Assembly (NCBI GenBank): GCA_037443365.1
Contig: JBBIOM010000001.1
Coordinates: 33,693 to 97,692 of the forward strand
Source: Armatimonadota bacterium
Lineage (GTDB): Bacteria > Sysuimicrobiota > Sysuimicrobiia > Sysuimicrobiales > Humicultoraceae
Direction of reading: 5' to 3'
DNA: 64,000 nucleotides
Part shown: positions 26,599 through 39,522 of the stretch, in pieces
Position numbering within the stretch: position 1 is the stretch's first letter
Layout of the letters: each line of letters begins with the position of its first letter
The notes under the pieces: generated by a model
Told to the model about the DNA's origin: nothing
The model's database searches: none
What the model saw: the letters and a program-made list of their open reading frames with translations, nothing else
Position numbers and translations under genes: made by a program

Positions 26599-28538
26599 AG
26601 GAGCACCAGAACCGCGGGGACGGCCAGGATCGCGCCCAACAGGAGCGCATTGGCCGTCCGCCACGCCGTGTAGAGCAAAGGGGTGTGCAGGTGCGAGAAC
26701 GAGTTGATCGCGCCGGCGGTGCCGATGGCACCCACGAGCGCGAACGCCAGGGTGACGCGCCTCCATCCAAGGGAAGCCGCTGCGCCGGCTACTGCCAGCG
26801 CCGGATAGCCGATCAGGAACTCCTTGGTCCTGGGGCGCGCCACGAGCAGCCGCTCCAGCACCGTCCGTATGTGCTGTTCGGCCTCGGCCAGGGGCAGGCC
26901 TATGTTGCCGGTGCGCACCAGCAGCATGATGGCCGCAAGCCCTGCGGCCAGCGCGACCAGCGCTGCCCCCAGGCGGAGTGGCTGGGCCACCCAGCCGCCA
27001 AGCTCCTGGACCGTGGCCCTCCAGTCGCCGTGGCGCCGCTGGTCGAAGGCCAGCATCAGGGCGACAAGCGCGACCGGCGCCACGTGCGCCGCCTTCACCC
27101 CCAGAAATGTGGAGAAGGCCAGCATGAACTCCCACCCGCCAAGCAGCGCGGCGACGAATGCGCCGGCGGCGACCGCCGCTGCCACGGCGCGAAGGAGCGT
27201 ACCCCATCCTGCCAGAACCACCCCAAAGCCCGCCCTCTCGACGCGCGGCAGCGCCCAGACGGCCGCGCCGGACGCGCCGGCGATGGCAACACCCAGCGCC
27301 AGAACCTGCCTCCAGATGGGGTCGAACCGCGTGAGCCCGGCGAGCGCCGTCAGCAGCACGGCAACACCCAGGAACGCCGCTTGCGCGCCGCGCGCAACAG
27401 GCACCCCGAGTCGCTGCGCCAAGTCGTCGGCGACCAGCAGGCACAGCGCGGCGGCCCCGAGTGCGGCGATCCAGATCAGTGGAGGGGGCAGGTCTAGCGG
27501 CGGAAGCGGCCGCGCCCGGCCCGTGGCGTATCCCAGCGTCCGCAGCTTCTGCGCCACCGCGTCGACCACGCCCAGGTTGATCTCCAGCGCCGGCGTCCCG
27601 GCAGGCGTCATCAGCATCGGCCGGACGTAGAGCAGCCGGATGTTGCGCTCCACCGCCGCGCGCACGAACTTGTCCACTACCTCGCCGGGCTGCAGCGTCA
27701 GCAACTCCTCCGGGGTGATGCTGAAGACGCGGATCACCGATGGGCGCATCAGCGCTGTGAGGCGATCCTCGCCCTTCTGCTTTCGGCGCGCGGTGAACAC
27801 CTCGATGCGGCCGTAGCGGGCCCCGATGCGCTGGTAGGCGGCCGCCGCGTCTGCCAGTAGCCCCTCATGGCCCTGGACCTCGGTGAGGGCGAAGATCAGC
27901 GTTGGCTGCGAAGCGGTCGCGGCATAGCCTTCGATCACCGCCTGGAGGCTTTCGGGCGTAAGCCCGCGGTAGTTGCGCGGACGCAGCACGACCCCGAGCC
28001 CCGCATCCCGGTAGGGGGCGGCGTCAGCGGGCCGGAACCCCAGGCCCAGTTCTTCGAGGTCGAGCACGGTGCCCAGGACCTCGATGGCGCCGTCGGTCGC
28101 GCGTACCCTCTCGGGACCAAGTAGCGTGGTCAGGCTGCCCGACACGAACCCGAGCGCGTCCGGCGCCCCTGCGATGTAGACCGCGTCGGGGCGCAGCGCG
28201 CCCCTCGCGCGCAACTCGCCGAAGGGCTCCCGCAGGGCGACCATCCTTCCCGCGGAAGCGAGCTGGCCGCCGCCGGCGTAGCTGATCAGGCCTTCCTCGG
28301 AGAGGCGCTTGAGCGTGTTGTCGGACAGCGCCACCGAGACGGCGCCGTGCTGCCGCAGACCTGCCATGACCTCAGGCACGGAGCGTCCCTCGCGCCGGAT
28401 CAGAGACACCCAGTCGTCACCGTCCAGCACGATCTCGACGGCGCGGTACCTGGACTCGAGGCGGTGACGCATGGCCAGCGCGGCCGCGGACGCCAGAAGA
28501 CCGATCACAACCAGCCAGATCAGGGCGCGGCGCGTCAC
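26568..28538 (-). CDS. DUF5693 family membrane protein
   Basis: Motifs RAAVERNIRLLY, FLGVK, RTGN, ARPRTKEFLIGYP, INSFSHLHTP. Adjacent to csaB. Confidence 0.85.
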   Translation of the reverse strand: MTRRALIWLVVIGLLASAAALAMRHRLESRYRAVEIVLDGDDWVSLIRREGRSVPEVMAGLRQHGAVSVALSDNTLKRLSEEGLISYAGGGQLASAGRMVALREPFGELRARGALRPDAVYIAGAPDALGFVSGSLTTLLGPERVRATDGAIEVLGTVLDLEELGLGFRPADAAPYRDAGLGVVLRPRNYRGLTPESLQAVIEGYAATASQPTLIFALTEVQGHEGLLADAAAAYQRIGARYGRIEVFTARRKQKGEDRLTALMRPSVIRVFSITPEELLTLQPGEVVDKFVRAAVERNIRLLYVRPMLMTPAGTPALEINLGVVDAVAQKLRTLGYATGRARPLPPLDLPPPLIWIAALGAAALCLLVADDLAQRLGVPVARGAQAAFLGVAVLLTALAGLTRFDPIWRQVLALGVAIAGASGAAVWALPRVERAGFGVVLAGWGTLLRAVAAAVAAGAFVAALLGGWEFMLAFSTFLGVKAAHVAPVALVALMLAFDQRRHGDWRATVQELGGWVAQPLRLGAALVALAAGLAAIMLLVRTGNIGLPLAEAEQHIRTVLERLLVARPRTKEFLIGYPALAVAGAAASLGWRRVTLAFALVGAIGTAGAINSFSHLHTPLLYTAWRTANALLLGAILAVPAVLVLLWLSRRPVRS

Positions 28539-29224
28539 CGCGGTGCCCCCATCACACGGGCGCGGATGATGACTCTACCCGCCTCAAGGGCCACCTGGTC
28601 GATCTCCACCGGCACCGGCAGGCCTCGCAGCGACAGAACAGGCGTGGCGATGATGGCCAGCACCGTATTTGCGAGCGCCGGGGGCAGCTCTGTCCCGCCC
28701 ACCTCGAAGGAGGCGACGCGGAAGTGGACATCGGCGCGGTCCGCGGCGTAGAACTGACCGCGAACCGTGGCCGGCCCAAAGACCGGCCCGACGCGCAGCT
28801 GCCCGGTCGCGGTCACGACCCCGGCATCAATCACGACCCTGGGGTTCGCGATGCCCCTGGCGGTCAGGAGGCGCTCGAGATCATCCTGTCCAACCTCGAC
28901 CTGTGCGCTCCCGGACTCGATGCCGCGGATCGGTGGGCCATCTCCCCGGTGGCCGGCCAGGCGGACACCGGCCATCCTGGCCCAGAACCTCCTGGCAGAC
29001 GTATCTCCCAGGGGCAGGTTCGCGGCCTCGATCTCCAGATGGCCTATGCGGCCGAGCGCAAGCGACCAGGCGGTGGTGCGCGCCCTCACGGTCAACCCCG
29101 CCTGTTCGCCGATGTGCGCGCGAACCAACGAAGTCACCCGGTGGCGGACGTAGGCCGACGGCGCCCACCACCACAGCGCCGCCAGCGCAGCGATCCCGAC
29201 CAGCAGCCAGGCGGTGCGGCGCAT
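28535..29224 (-). CDS. LmeA/DUF2993-like exported protein
   Basis: N-terminal anchor, LALGRIGHLEIEA, beta-rich. ATG 29224 overlaps the prfB stop. Confidence 0.6.
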   Translation of the reverse strand: MRRTAWLLVGIAALAALWWWAPSAYVRHRVTSLVRAHIGEQAGLTVRARTTAWSLALGRIGHLEIEAANLPLGDTSARRFWARMAGVRLAGHRGDGPPIRGIESGSAQVEVGQDDLERLLTARGIANPRVVIDAGVVTATGQLRVGPVFGPATVRGQFYAADRADVHFRVASFEVGGTELPPALANTVLAIIATPVLSLRGLPVPVEIDQVALEAGRVIIRARVMGAPR

Positions 29225-30325
29225 CAGGCCGTCCGCGAGCGTAGCGCGGCCTCGATGAACGGATCGAGCGCGCCGTCGAGCACCGCGGAGGAGTTGCCGG
29301 TCTCGACTCCCGTACGGTGATCCTTGACCATCTGGTACGGATGCAGGACATAGGAGCGGATCTGATTCCCCCACGCCGCCTCCCTGTACTCCCCGCGAAG
29401 CTCGGCCAGGCGCTCGCGCTGCTGCGCCTGGGCGGCCTCCACCAGGCGAGACTTGAGAACGCGCAGCGCGGTCAGCTTGTTGGCGTGCTGGGACCTCTCG
29501 TTCTGGCACTGCGCGACCATCCCGGTAGGTATGTGGATGACGCGCACGGCGGTTTCGACCTTGTTGACGTTCTGGCCACCCGCGCCGCCTGCCCGGTAGG
29601 TCTCGATGCGCACGTCCTCATCGCGCATCTCCACGTCCACATCCTCCACCTCGGGTATGACGTCGGTCAGCGCGAAGGATGTGTGGCGGCGGTGGGCGGC
29701 GTCGAAGGGCGAGAGGCGCACAAGACGGTGCACGCCGCGCTCCGTCCTGAGGTGCCCGTATGAGTAGGGGCCACTGATGATCACCGTAACGCTCTTGATG
29801 CCGGCCTCCTCACCGGGCGAGAGGTCCACGATCTCGGCGGCGTAGCCGCGTGCCTCGGCCCAGCGCAGGTACATCCGGAGCAGCATGGAGGCCCAGTCCT
29901 GAGACTCGGTGCCCCCGGCGCCGGCGTGTATCGAGAGGATCGCGTTGGCGTCGTCGTGCGGGCCTGACAGCAGCGCCGCCGTCTCGATGCGCGACAGGGC
30001 ATCCGCCAACGCGCGCGCCTCGGCCTCCACCTCGGCCGGGTTCACGTCCGCCGGGGACTCGGCCGCGAGTTCCAGGAGCGCTCCGAGGTCGTCGATCTGC
30101 CGCTCGAGGGCACCCACCGTCTCCACGGTGGCGCGTATCTGACTGAGTTCCTGGCCCACGGCGCGCGCCCGCTGTGGATCGGACCAGAGCGTGGGCTGCT
30201 GCATGGCTACCTCGAGTTCCTTGATGCGGGCGTGCTTGGCCGGCAGGTCAAAGATGCCCCCGCAGGTCCTGGAGGCGGCGGCGGCTCTCGTTGAGCCGGG
30301 CGTGCAGGTCGTCGATCTGAATCAT
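29224..30325 (-). CDS. prfB: Peptide chain release factor 2, translated through a programmed +1 frameshift
   Basis: ORF0 [25 protein letters not shown] ends at CTT-TGA-C (30253-30247). The +1 frame continues [13 protein letters not shown]... Contains SPF and GGQ motifs. Confidence 0.96.
30247..30262 (-). promoter_or_regulatory. prfB frameshift signal
   Basis: CGGGGG-CAT-CTT-TGA-C: internal SD-like run 3 nt before the shifty CTT TGA. Confidence 0.93.
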
Positions 30326-30334
30326 GGCCAGTGC

Positions 30335-30343
30335 ATTATACCA
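30335..30343 (-). promoter_or_regulatory. Extended -10 promoter of prfB
   Basis: TGG-TATAAT, 9 nt before the ATG, no SD. Confidence 0.6.
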
Positions 30344-30360
30344 GAAGGCCTGGACCGGCT

Positions 30361-32360
30361 CTACCGCAGCCCTGCGAGCGCGAGGATGGCGGCGTCGCCC
30401 AGGCCCCGCGCCGGCCCCAGACCCACCGCGTCCCCTGTGCGGGCGCGCAGCAGGCCGTATCCCGCGCTTGTGAGAAGGTGCCAGAAGAGGATCTCCTGCG
30501 GGACCCGGTCCCATCCGAGGTAGACGGCAACGCCCAGGCACGTCGAGACCACAACGGCGAACACCCACCCGCCCAGTTCTCGGGCGGCCGCGAACACCGC
30601 GCCGCGCAACCAGGACTCGATCGCCACCCCGCTCAGCACGCAGCCCAGCACGGCCACCAGCCATCCGTCCGCCGGGATCCCTGCGCGCATGTGGAGCCCG
30701 TACTGCGCGTAGGCCGCGCGCATCGCCCATACGAGGAGGCCGGTGGCTCCCAGCGAGACGCTGGCCGAGGTCCAGACTCCGCGGCGATTGTGCAGGTGGC
30801 CCCGTCCCACCAGTGCCGAGGCCAGCAGCACCCCCAGCGCGGCAAGAGGAGCAAGGCTCCCGTTACCGGGAGCGATCAGGCGTCCCAGCATCCAGGGCAC
30901 CGCCGGGATGCCCACGGCCGCGGCCAGTCTCCAGGCGGCATCCGGCCGCCGGCGGAGCGCGGCGACGCCGGATGGAACCGCGGCCAGCGCCCATCCGGCA
31001 ACGGCCAGGGGCGCGGCCAGCCACCCCCACGCCACGTACGGCGTGGTGGGGCCGCCGACCGGGAGCGGGGCCGTCAGCACGCCCTCGACGTCGAGCGGCA
31101 ACGAACGCGCGACGGCTCCGTCCGGACCGATCAGCATCGAGGAGCCGGTGTTGGCCGCGCGGGCCACGCTGCGGCCTACCTCAACGGCACGCAGAACGGC
31201 GTGCGCGGCATGCTGGGCCGGCCCCGCTGATCTTCCGAACCACCCGTCGTTGGTGAGCACCGCCACCAGGTCGGCGCCGTTGGCGACCGCGGACCTGACC
31301 TGGAGGGGAAACGCCGACTCGTAGCAGATCACAATCGCGACACTCCCGGCCGGCGCGCGTACAGGCCGCGTCCCTGTGCCGGCGACCACACCGGCCTCGC
31401 CGAATGGGACGAGCCGCTCCTTCACGTAGCGACCCAGCACCCGACCCTCGGGATCCAGCACAACCGCCGCATTGCGCGGGCCTGCCAGGAGCCCGCCCGC
31501 CACCACCACCGCGCCGGCGGCGCTGCGACCTACGGCTGATCTCACATCTCGGGCCTCGTCGAGATCGACCGGCAGCGCGGTTTCGGGGTACACGATGATT
31601 TCAGCGCCGCCAGAGGACGCCTCGCCGGTCTGCCGCAACAGGCCTTCGATGATCGGCGCAACGGCCAACGCACCCCCCCCAGGCCGCATTGTCACGTTGG
31701 GCTGCACGACGGCCACGATCCGCCTCGGGCCTCCCCGCGCTGTCTCGCCGGCCACGCGCGCAAGGGTCGCGCCGCACGCCACGGCAGCCGCGGCTACCAG
31801 CGCGGCCGAGGCCAGGGCGATGAGCCGCGGGCGCGTTCGCCGCCGCGAGATCGCGACCGCCACCGCCGCATTCACCAGGGCTATCAGGCCGGAGATTCCG
31901 TGAACCCCAACCGCGGAGGCCAGCCCGAGGGTAACCGGCGTCCGGTACTGGGTCAAGCCGAGCAGGCCCCAGGGGAACCCAAGCGGCCCCACCGAGCGCG
32001 CCACCTCAACCGCCACCCAGGTAAGCGGCACCGCCCAGAGCGTGGCTCCGGGCCTCCCCCGGGCAAGGAAGGACACGCCGGACGCGAAGCCGCCCACGTA
32101 CAGGGCGAGGGTGGCCGTAAGCAGGCCCCAGGCCGGCAGTCCGAAGATCCTGATCCACTCAAGCAGGATACCGAAACCGAGCGCCCCTGCCAGGTAGCCG
32201 TACTTGAAGGACTGCCCAGGAGACAGGTCGCCGACAGCCAGCAATAGCGGCACGAGCGCGAACCAGGCCAGCCACGTCAGGTCCGGGGCCGGGAATGCGA
32301 GGGCGAACAGCAGACCGCTGGCCAGGGCGCCGCCAACCCGGAGATACCTCCCCGGGGTCT

Positions 32361-32364
<4 letters not shown>
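30361..32364 (-). CDS. lnt: Apolipoprotein N-acyltransferase with an extra C-terminal membrane domain
   Basis: Motifs [48 protein letters not shown] overlaps the secA stop (GTGA). Confidence 0.92.
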
Positions 32365-35003
<2,639 letters not shown>

Positions 35004-35058
35004 AACGCACCTCGCGGGCCGGGGCCCCGTTGCCCCGGCCAGGCGGCAACCACGGTTG

Positions 35059-35067
35059 ATTCTATCA
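35059..35067 (-). promoter_or_regulatory. Extended -10 promoter of secA
   Basis: TGA-TAGAAT about 55 nt upstream of the ATG. Confidence 0.5.
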
Positions 35068-35092
35068 GACTGGGCGGGGAGCGCGCCGCACG

Positions 35093-35746
35093 CTAGCGGT
35101 TGGCTGCCAGCCAGGAGATGGGACGGTTGACCGCTGACAGCGCCGCCCGCACCACCGCCTCACGGGGATCGTCGCGCACGACCGATGCCCCGGCCAGGGT
35201 CTCCTGGTCGGCACCAGCCAGGGTGACGGTGACTACGGCCACCTCGTGCTCGCCGACGGAGTGCAGCGCGGCGCCCTCGAGAACGAGCATTCCCTGGGCC
35301 CGCAGGAACACCTCGATCGCTCGCAGCGTCGCCTGCGCCACGAGGCCCAGCCGGTGGCGCGAGACGTTGGGGCCTGCCGCGGTTCCCTCATAGAGCATCC
35401 CGCGGTCCTCGAGGTGCACCCGGACCTCCGCGCAGTCTCGAATAGCGCTCTGCGAGAGGCCCACGAAACGGAGCCGGGCCTGCGGCACGGCCGAGGCGGC
35501 TTCCTCCGGCCGCATCGCGGCCACACGCACCTGACGCGGTTCGAGCGCCGCACCCATCTCTGCCGCCAGGGCGGAGACGACGTCCAGCGCAATCAGCTTG
35601 GGGCTGCGGTCGGCCTGTCCGAGCACGTGAATCACGTCGATCCGGCCCTCGGGCGTCGGCACCACCCTCGCCGCGACGACCCCCCGCAGACGGCGGACGA
35701 TCTCCTCCGCCTGATCCGCTTCGGTTCGACCGAGTTCGCGAGCCAT
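35093..35746 (-). CDS. Conserved hypothetical protein
   Basis: SD GGAGG. IHVL...RSPK...DV.S N-domain. C-terminus [23 protein letters not shown]. Confidence 0.8.
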   Translation of the reverse strand: MARELGRTEADQAEEIVRRLRGVVAARVVPTPEGRIDVIHVLGQADRSPKLIALDVVSALAAEMGAALEPRQVRVAAMRPEEAASAVPQARLRFVGLSQSAIRDCAEVRVHLEDRGMLYEGTAAGPNVSRHRLGLVAQATLRAIEVFLRAQGMLVLEGAALHSVGEHEVAVVTVTLAGADQETLAGASVVRDDPREAVVRAALSAVNRPISWLAANR

Positions 35747-35787
35747 CGGGCACCTCCGGCTTCCGGCTGGTCGGGGACGAACCCCGG

Positions 35788-36384
35788 CTAGACCTCGGGC
35801 TCGATCAGCCCGTAGTCTCCGTCGCGGCGCTTGTAGAGCACGTTGATCTCCTGCGAACCGGCGTGACGGAAGACGAAGAACAGGTGCCCCAGCAACTCCA
35901 TCTGGAGCACTGCCTCATCAGGCGTCATGGGCTTCATCGCGAACCGCTTGACGCGCACGATCTGAGCCTGCGCGGGTGTATCCTCCTGCTGTGCGGCCAG
36001 GGTCTTCTCGGCGGCCTGCTCGGCGCGGCGCCGCCGGCGGGATTCGTCGAGTCTGCGCTTCTCGATTATCCGGCTGCGGTACTTCTCGATCTGCCGCTCC
36101 AGCTTGTCCACGGCGCCGTCGATCGAGGTGTACATATCCTGAGAGGTCTCCTCGGCGCGAAGCACAAGCCCGTCACACCATACGGTCACCTCAACCCCCT
36201 GGGCGCGCCCCCTGGCGCTGTCGCGAGTGACGCTCAGCACGACCTGCGCGTCCTGCACGCGATCGAAGCTGCGGGAGAGCTTGGCGAGCTTGCCCTCAAC
36301 GTACGCGCGAAGAGCCTCCGTCACCGTCATGCGCTTGCCCTGAACGCGGACCGGGATCTTCCCGGTCCGCCTGCGTCCGGCCAT
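35788..36384 (-). CDS. hpf: Ribosome hibernation promoting factor, long HPF
   Basis: [21 protein letters not shown]...KLERQI, C-terminal [25 protein letters not shown] 36384 behind AGGAGG. Confidence 0.95.
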   Translation of the reverse strand: MAGRRRTGKIPVRVQGKRMTVTEALRAYVEGKLAKLSRSFDRVQDAQVVLSVTRDSARGRAQGVEVTVWCDGLVLRAEETSQDMYTSIDGAVDKLERQIEKYRSRIIEKRRLDESRRRRRAEQAAEKTLAAQQEDTPAQAQIVRVKRFAMKPMTPDEAVLQMELLGHLFFVFRHAGSQEINVLYKRRDGDYGLIEPEV

Positions 36385-36425
36385 TACGTTCCTCCTGTCT
36401 TGCCTCCCCGCGATTCCCGATGCTT

Positions 36426-36453
36426 CTTCGACGGTGCCGCCACGACCTCCCGC
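36426..36453 (-). promoter_or_regulatory. Sigma-H-like promoter of hpf
   Basis: GCGGGA-GGTCGTGGCGGCACCGTC(18)-GAAG. hpf (yvyD) has a sigma-H promoter in B. subtilis. Confidence 0.55.
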
Positions 36454-36455
36454 CC

Positions 36456-38408
36456 CTATCGGAACAACGGGGCAAAGATCAGGGCGACCACGGTCATCAA
36501 CTTGATCAGGATGTTCAAGGCCGGTCCCGCGGTGTCCTTGAACGGATCGCCCACCGTATCGCCGATGACGGCGGCCTTGTGTGGATCGCCGCCCTTGCCG
36601 CCGTGATGCCCGGCCTCGATGTGCTTCTTGGCGTTGTCCCACGCACCGCCCGAGTTGGCCAGGTAGAGCGCGAGAGGCACACCCGCCACGATGGCTCCCC
36701 CCAGCAGGCCGCCCAGGGCCCCCTTGCCCATCAACACGCCCACCGCGATCGGGATCAGGACCGCCAGCAGCCCCGGCACGACCATCTCACGGAGCGCGCC
36801 CTGCGTGGCGATGTCCACGCACCGGGCGTAGTCGGGCTGCGCCGTCCCCTCCATCAGGCCGGCGATGCCGCGGAACTGACGGCGGACCTCGCCCACCATG
36901 GTCTGGGCGGTGCGGCCCACGGCCCGCATCGCCAGTGCCGCGAACAGGAACGGAACCATGCCGCCGAGCAGCAGGCCTGCCAGCACTTCCGGGTCCATCA
37001 GATCGATAGTTTGTATGCCCACCGCCTGACGGTAGAAGAAGAACAGCGCCAGGGCAGTGAGGGCGGCGGAGCCGATGGCGAATCCCTTGGCGATGGCCGC
37101 CGTGGTGTTCCCCGCCGCGTCGAGCGAGTCGGCGACCTGCCGGACCTGCGGCCCCAGGTGGCTCATCTCGGCGATCCCGGCGGAGTTGTCGGCGATCGGC
37201 CCATACGCGTCCACCGAGACGGTCATGCCGGTGATCGACAACATGCCGACAGCCGCCAGCGCAATGCCGTAGAAGCCGCCGATCTGGTAGGCGAGTAGCG
37301 TTGACAGCGAGATCACCACCATCGGCAGGGCCACGCTCAGCATGCCCTGCGCCGTTCCCTCGATGATCACCGGCGCTGGCCCCGAGACGGCCGACGCCGC
37401 GAGTCTCCTGACCTCTCGCCCCGAGGTGAAGTACTCGGCCACCTGTCCTATCACCACGCCCGCGGCTAGCCCCAGCACGACGGTCCAGAAGTGCCGCAGG
37501 TCCTGCAGCGTCGCCTGGACGATGAGAAACGTGGCTACGGCCATGATCGCGGCGCTGGCCAGCGTGCCGCGACGCAGGGCTCGCTGCGCATCGCCCCCGC
37601 GCACGAAGAACGTGCCCGCGATGGAAGCCGCTATGCCCCCGCCGGCCAGGAGCACCGCCGCCGTGGCCCCTGGTTCCCTCAACTGTGCGAACCCGATGGC
37701 TACAGCCGCGATGACGGTGCCGACGTACGACTCGAACAGGTCGGCGCCCATGCCGGCTACATCCCCAACGTTGTCGCCCACGGCGTCTGCGATTACGGCG
37801 GGATTGCGCGGGTCATCCTCCGGAATCCCAGCCTCGATCTTGCCGACCAGGTCCGCGCCCACGTCGGCGCCCTTGGTGTATATGCCGCCTCCAACGCGGG
37901 CGAACAGGGCGACGGACGACGCACCGAGCGAGAAGCCGATCACCTGGTTGGCGTCGCGAAACAGCAGGTAGAGAGTGCCTACACCCAGCAGCCCCAACCC
38001 TACCACGGTCATTCCCATCACGGCCCCGCCGGGAAACGCCACCGCAAGCGCGGGGGCCAATCCCTGCCTGGCCGCCTGGGCGGTGCGGGTGTTGGCCCGC
38101 GTGGCCACGTGCATTCCAACGAACCCGGCCGAGACCGAGCAGCCGGCCCCCAGCAGGAAGGCGACCGCGGTGCGGAGCGCAAGACCCTGCACAAGGCCTG
38201 ACGCGAGAACCAGGAAGAGCAACGCCGCGAAGACGGCGATGGCCCGGTACTCCCGCGCCAGGAACGCCATGGCCCCCTTGCGGATTGCGCCGGAGATCGC
38301 CTGCATCTCGGGCGTGCCCGGGTCCCGCGCGTTCACGCGGCGGGCCAGCACCGCGGCATAGACCAGCGCCACCAACCCTGCTATAGGTCCCCACCACAGC
38401 AGTTCCAT
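36456..38408 (-). CDS. hppA: Membrane-bound ion-translocating pyrophosphatase, K+-dependent type, probably Na+-pumping
   Basis: Motifs [41 protein letters not shown] (Ala signature), [17 protein letters not shown]. Confidence 0.95.
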   Translation of the reverse strand: MELLWWGPIAGLVALVYAAVLARRVNARDPGTPEMQAISGAIRKGAMAFLAREYRAIAVFAALLFLVLASGLVQGLALRTAVAFLLGAGCSVSAGFVGMHVATRANTRTAQAARQGLAPALAVAFPGGAVMGMTVVGLGLLGVGTLYLLFRDANQVIGFSLGASSVALFARVGGGIYTKGADVGADLVGKIEAGIPEDDPRNPAVIADAVGDNVGDVAGMGADLFESYVGTVIAAVAIGFAQLREPGATAAVLLAGGGIAASIAGTFFVRGGDAQRALRRGTLASAAIMAVATFLIVQATLQDLRHFWTVVLGLAAGVVIGQVAEYFTSGREVRRLAASAVSGPAPVIIEGTAQGMLSVALPMVVISLSTLLAYQIGGFYGIALAAVGMLSITGMTVSVDAYGPIADNSAGIAEMSHLGPQVRQVADSLDAAGNTTAAIAKGFAIGSAALTALALFFFYRQAVGIQTIDLMDPEVLAGLLLGGMVPFLFAALAMRAVGRTAQTMVGEVRRQFRGIAGLMEGTAQPDYARCVDIATQGALREMVVPGLLAVLIPIAVGVLMGKGALGGLLGGAIVAGVPLALYLANSGGAWDNAKKHIEAGHHGGKGGDPHKAAVIGDTVGDPFKDTAGPALNILIKLMTVVALIFAPLFR

Positions 38409-38453
38409 GTCGGCCTCCCCTGGTCAGCGAGCACCCGTACTGAATGCGCAGCG

Positions 38454-39518
38454 CTAGCCGCTGTCACTCCCACCTACCATGAACAGCCCGGCAAAGGCTC
38501 GAATCGCGTATCTGTCGGTCATTCCGGCCACGAAGTCGCAGGCTGCCCTCTGGGGGGATTCCGCGGATCCCGACCGCAGCGGATCGCCGGGTATCTCCTG
38601 TGGATGCGCCAGGTAGTGGTCGAACAGGAACCGCAGCATGCGCTGCCCCCGCGCCGCCTCGGTCTGCATCGAGGGGCAGAGGTAGACCCGCTCCGCCAGG
38701 AAGTCCTTGAGGGCGTTGAGGGCTTCACGCACAGGGACCGAAGGGCCCACCGCGTCCGTATCCGAAGCCACCGACACGATGTCGCACACGATGGTGTCCA
38801 GCCACCGCGACCGGGGCTCGCCCAGCACCGTTGTGATCTCAACAGGGATGTCGGACTCGAGTATCATGCCCGCGCGCACGGCGTCGTCGGTGTCGTGGTG
38901 CAGGTAGGCAACGCGATCGGCGGCCCTGACGAGCCGGCCTTCCAGCGTGAACGGACCCCCGGCCTCCTCTGCCTCGGCCTCGAGGTCGCGCAGTCCCTTG
39001 GAGTGGCACGTGATCCCGTCGCGCACCTCCCGGGTCAGGTTCAAGCCGACGGCGGTAGAGCCATCGGCCCTCCTGCGTGTCTCGAGATGGTCCACGATGC
39101 GAAGGCTCTGCAAGTCGTGGCGAAACCCGCCCCAGTGTGCCATCGCCTCGTCGAGCGCCGCCTCACCGGCGTGCCCAAACGGGGGATGCCCCAGGTCGTG
39201 CGCCAGCGCGATCGCCTCTGTCAGATCCTCGTTCAGCCGAAGGGCTCGCGCGATTGTGCGCGCGATCTGCGCCACCTCTAGCGTGTGCGTAAGCCGCGTA
39301 CGGTAGTGATCGCCCTCGGGCGCGAGGAAGACCTGCGTCTTGTGCATGAGGCGCCGGAAGGCCTTGGAGTGCACTATCCGGTCGCGATCCCTCTGGAAGG
39401 CGGTTCGCAGCGGATCGTCTGGCTCGGGCTCGGCCCGTCCGCGCGAATCGGCGGAGCGGGAGGCCCGCGGCGCAAGCGCCGCGGCCTCCCACCTCTCGGA
39501 GTCCTCGCGCCGGTTCAC
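38454..39518 (-). CDS. dgt: Deoxyguanosinetriphosphate triphosphohydrolase-like HD protein
   Basis: Motifs RDRDRIVHSKAFRRL.HKTQV, RTRLTHTLEV, HDLGHPPFGHAGE, AGMTD. Confidence 0.93.
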   Translation of the reverse strand: MNRREDSERWEAAALAPRASRSADSRGRAEPEPDDPLRTAFQRDRDRIVHSKAFRRLMHKTQVFLAPEGDHYRTRLTHTLEVAQIARTIARALRLNEDLTEAIALAHDLGHPPFGHAGEAALDEAMAHWGGFRHDLQSLRIVDHLETRRRADGSTAVGLNLTREVRDGITCHSKGLRDLEAEAEEAGGPFTLEGRLVRAADRVAYLHHDTDDAVRAGMILESDIPVEITTVLGEPRSRWLDTIVCDIVSVASDTDAVGPSVPVREALNALKDFLAERVYLCPSMQTEAARGQRMLRFLFDHYLAHPQEIPGDPLRSGSAESPQRAACDFVAGMTDRYAIRAFAGLFMVGGSDSG

Positions 39519-39522
39519 GCGC

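Noticed and set aside
26665-27444. N-terminal 260 codons of the 646-aa csaB ORF
   Set aside because: Arg/Gly/Ala-rich out-of-frame read through DUF5693; CsaB motifs only begin near 26580.
30326-30730. 160-aa ORF 30248-30730
   Set aside because: Only its last 25 codons are real (prfB ORF0); the rest overlaps lnt and the prfB promoter.
35758-35786. Possible eighth sigma-H-like site (CCGGGG-18-GAAG) before the hypothetical gene
   Set aside because: -35 lacks GGA and the -10 abuts the SD, so it is too weak to count.
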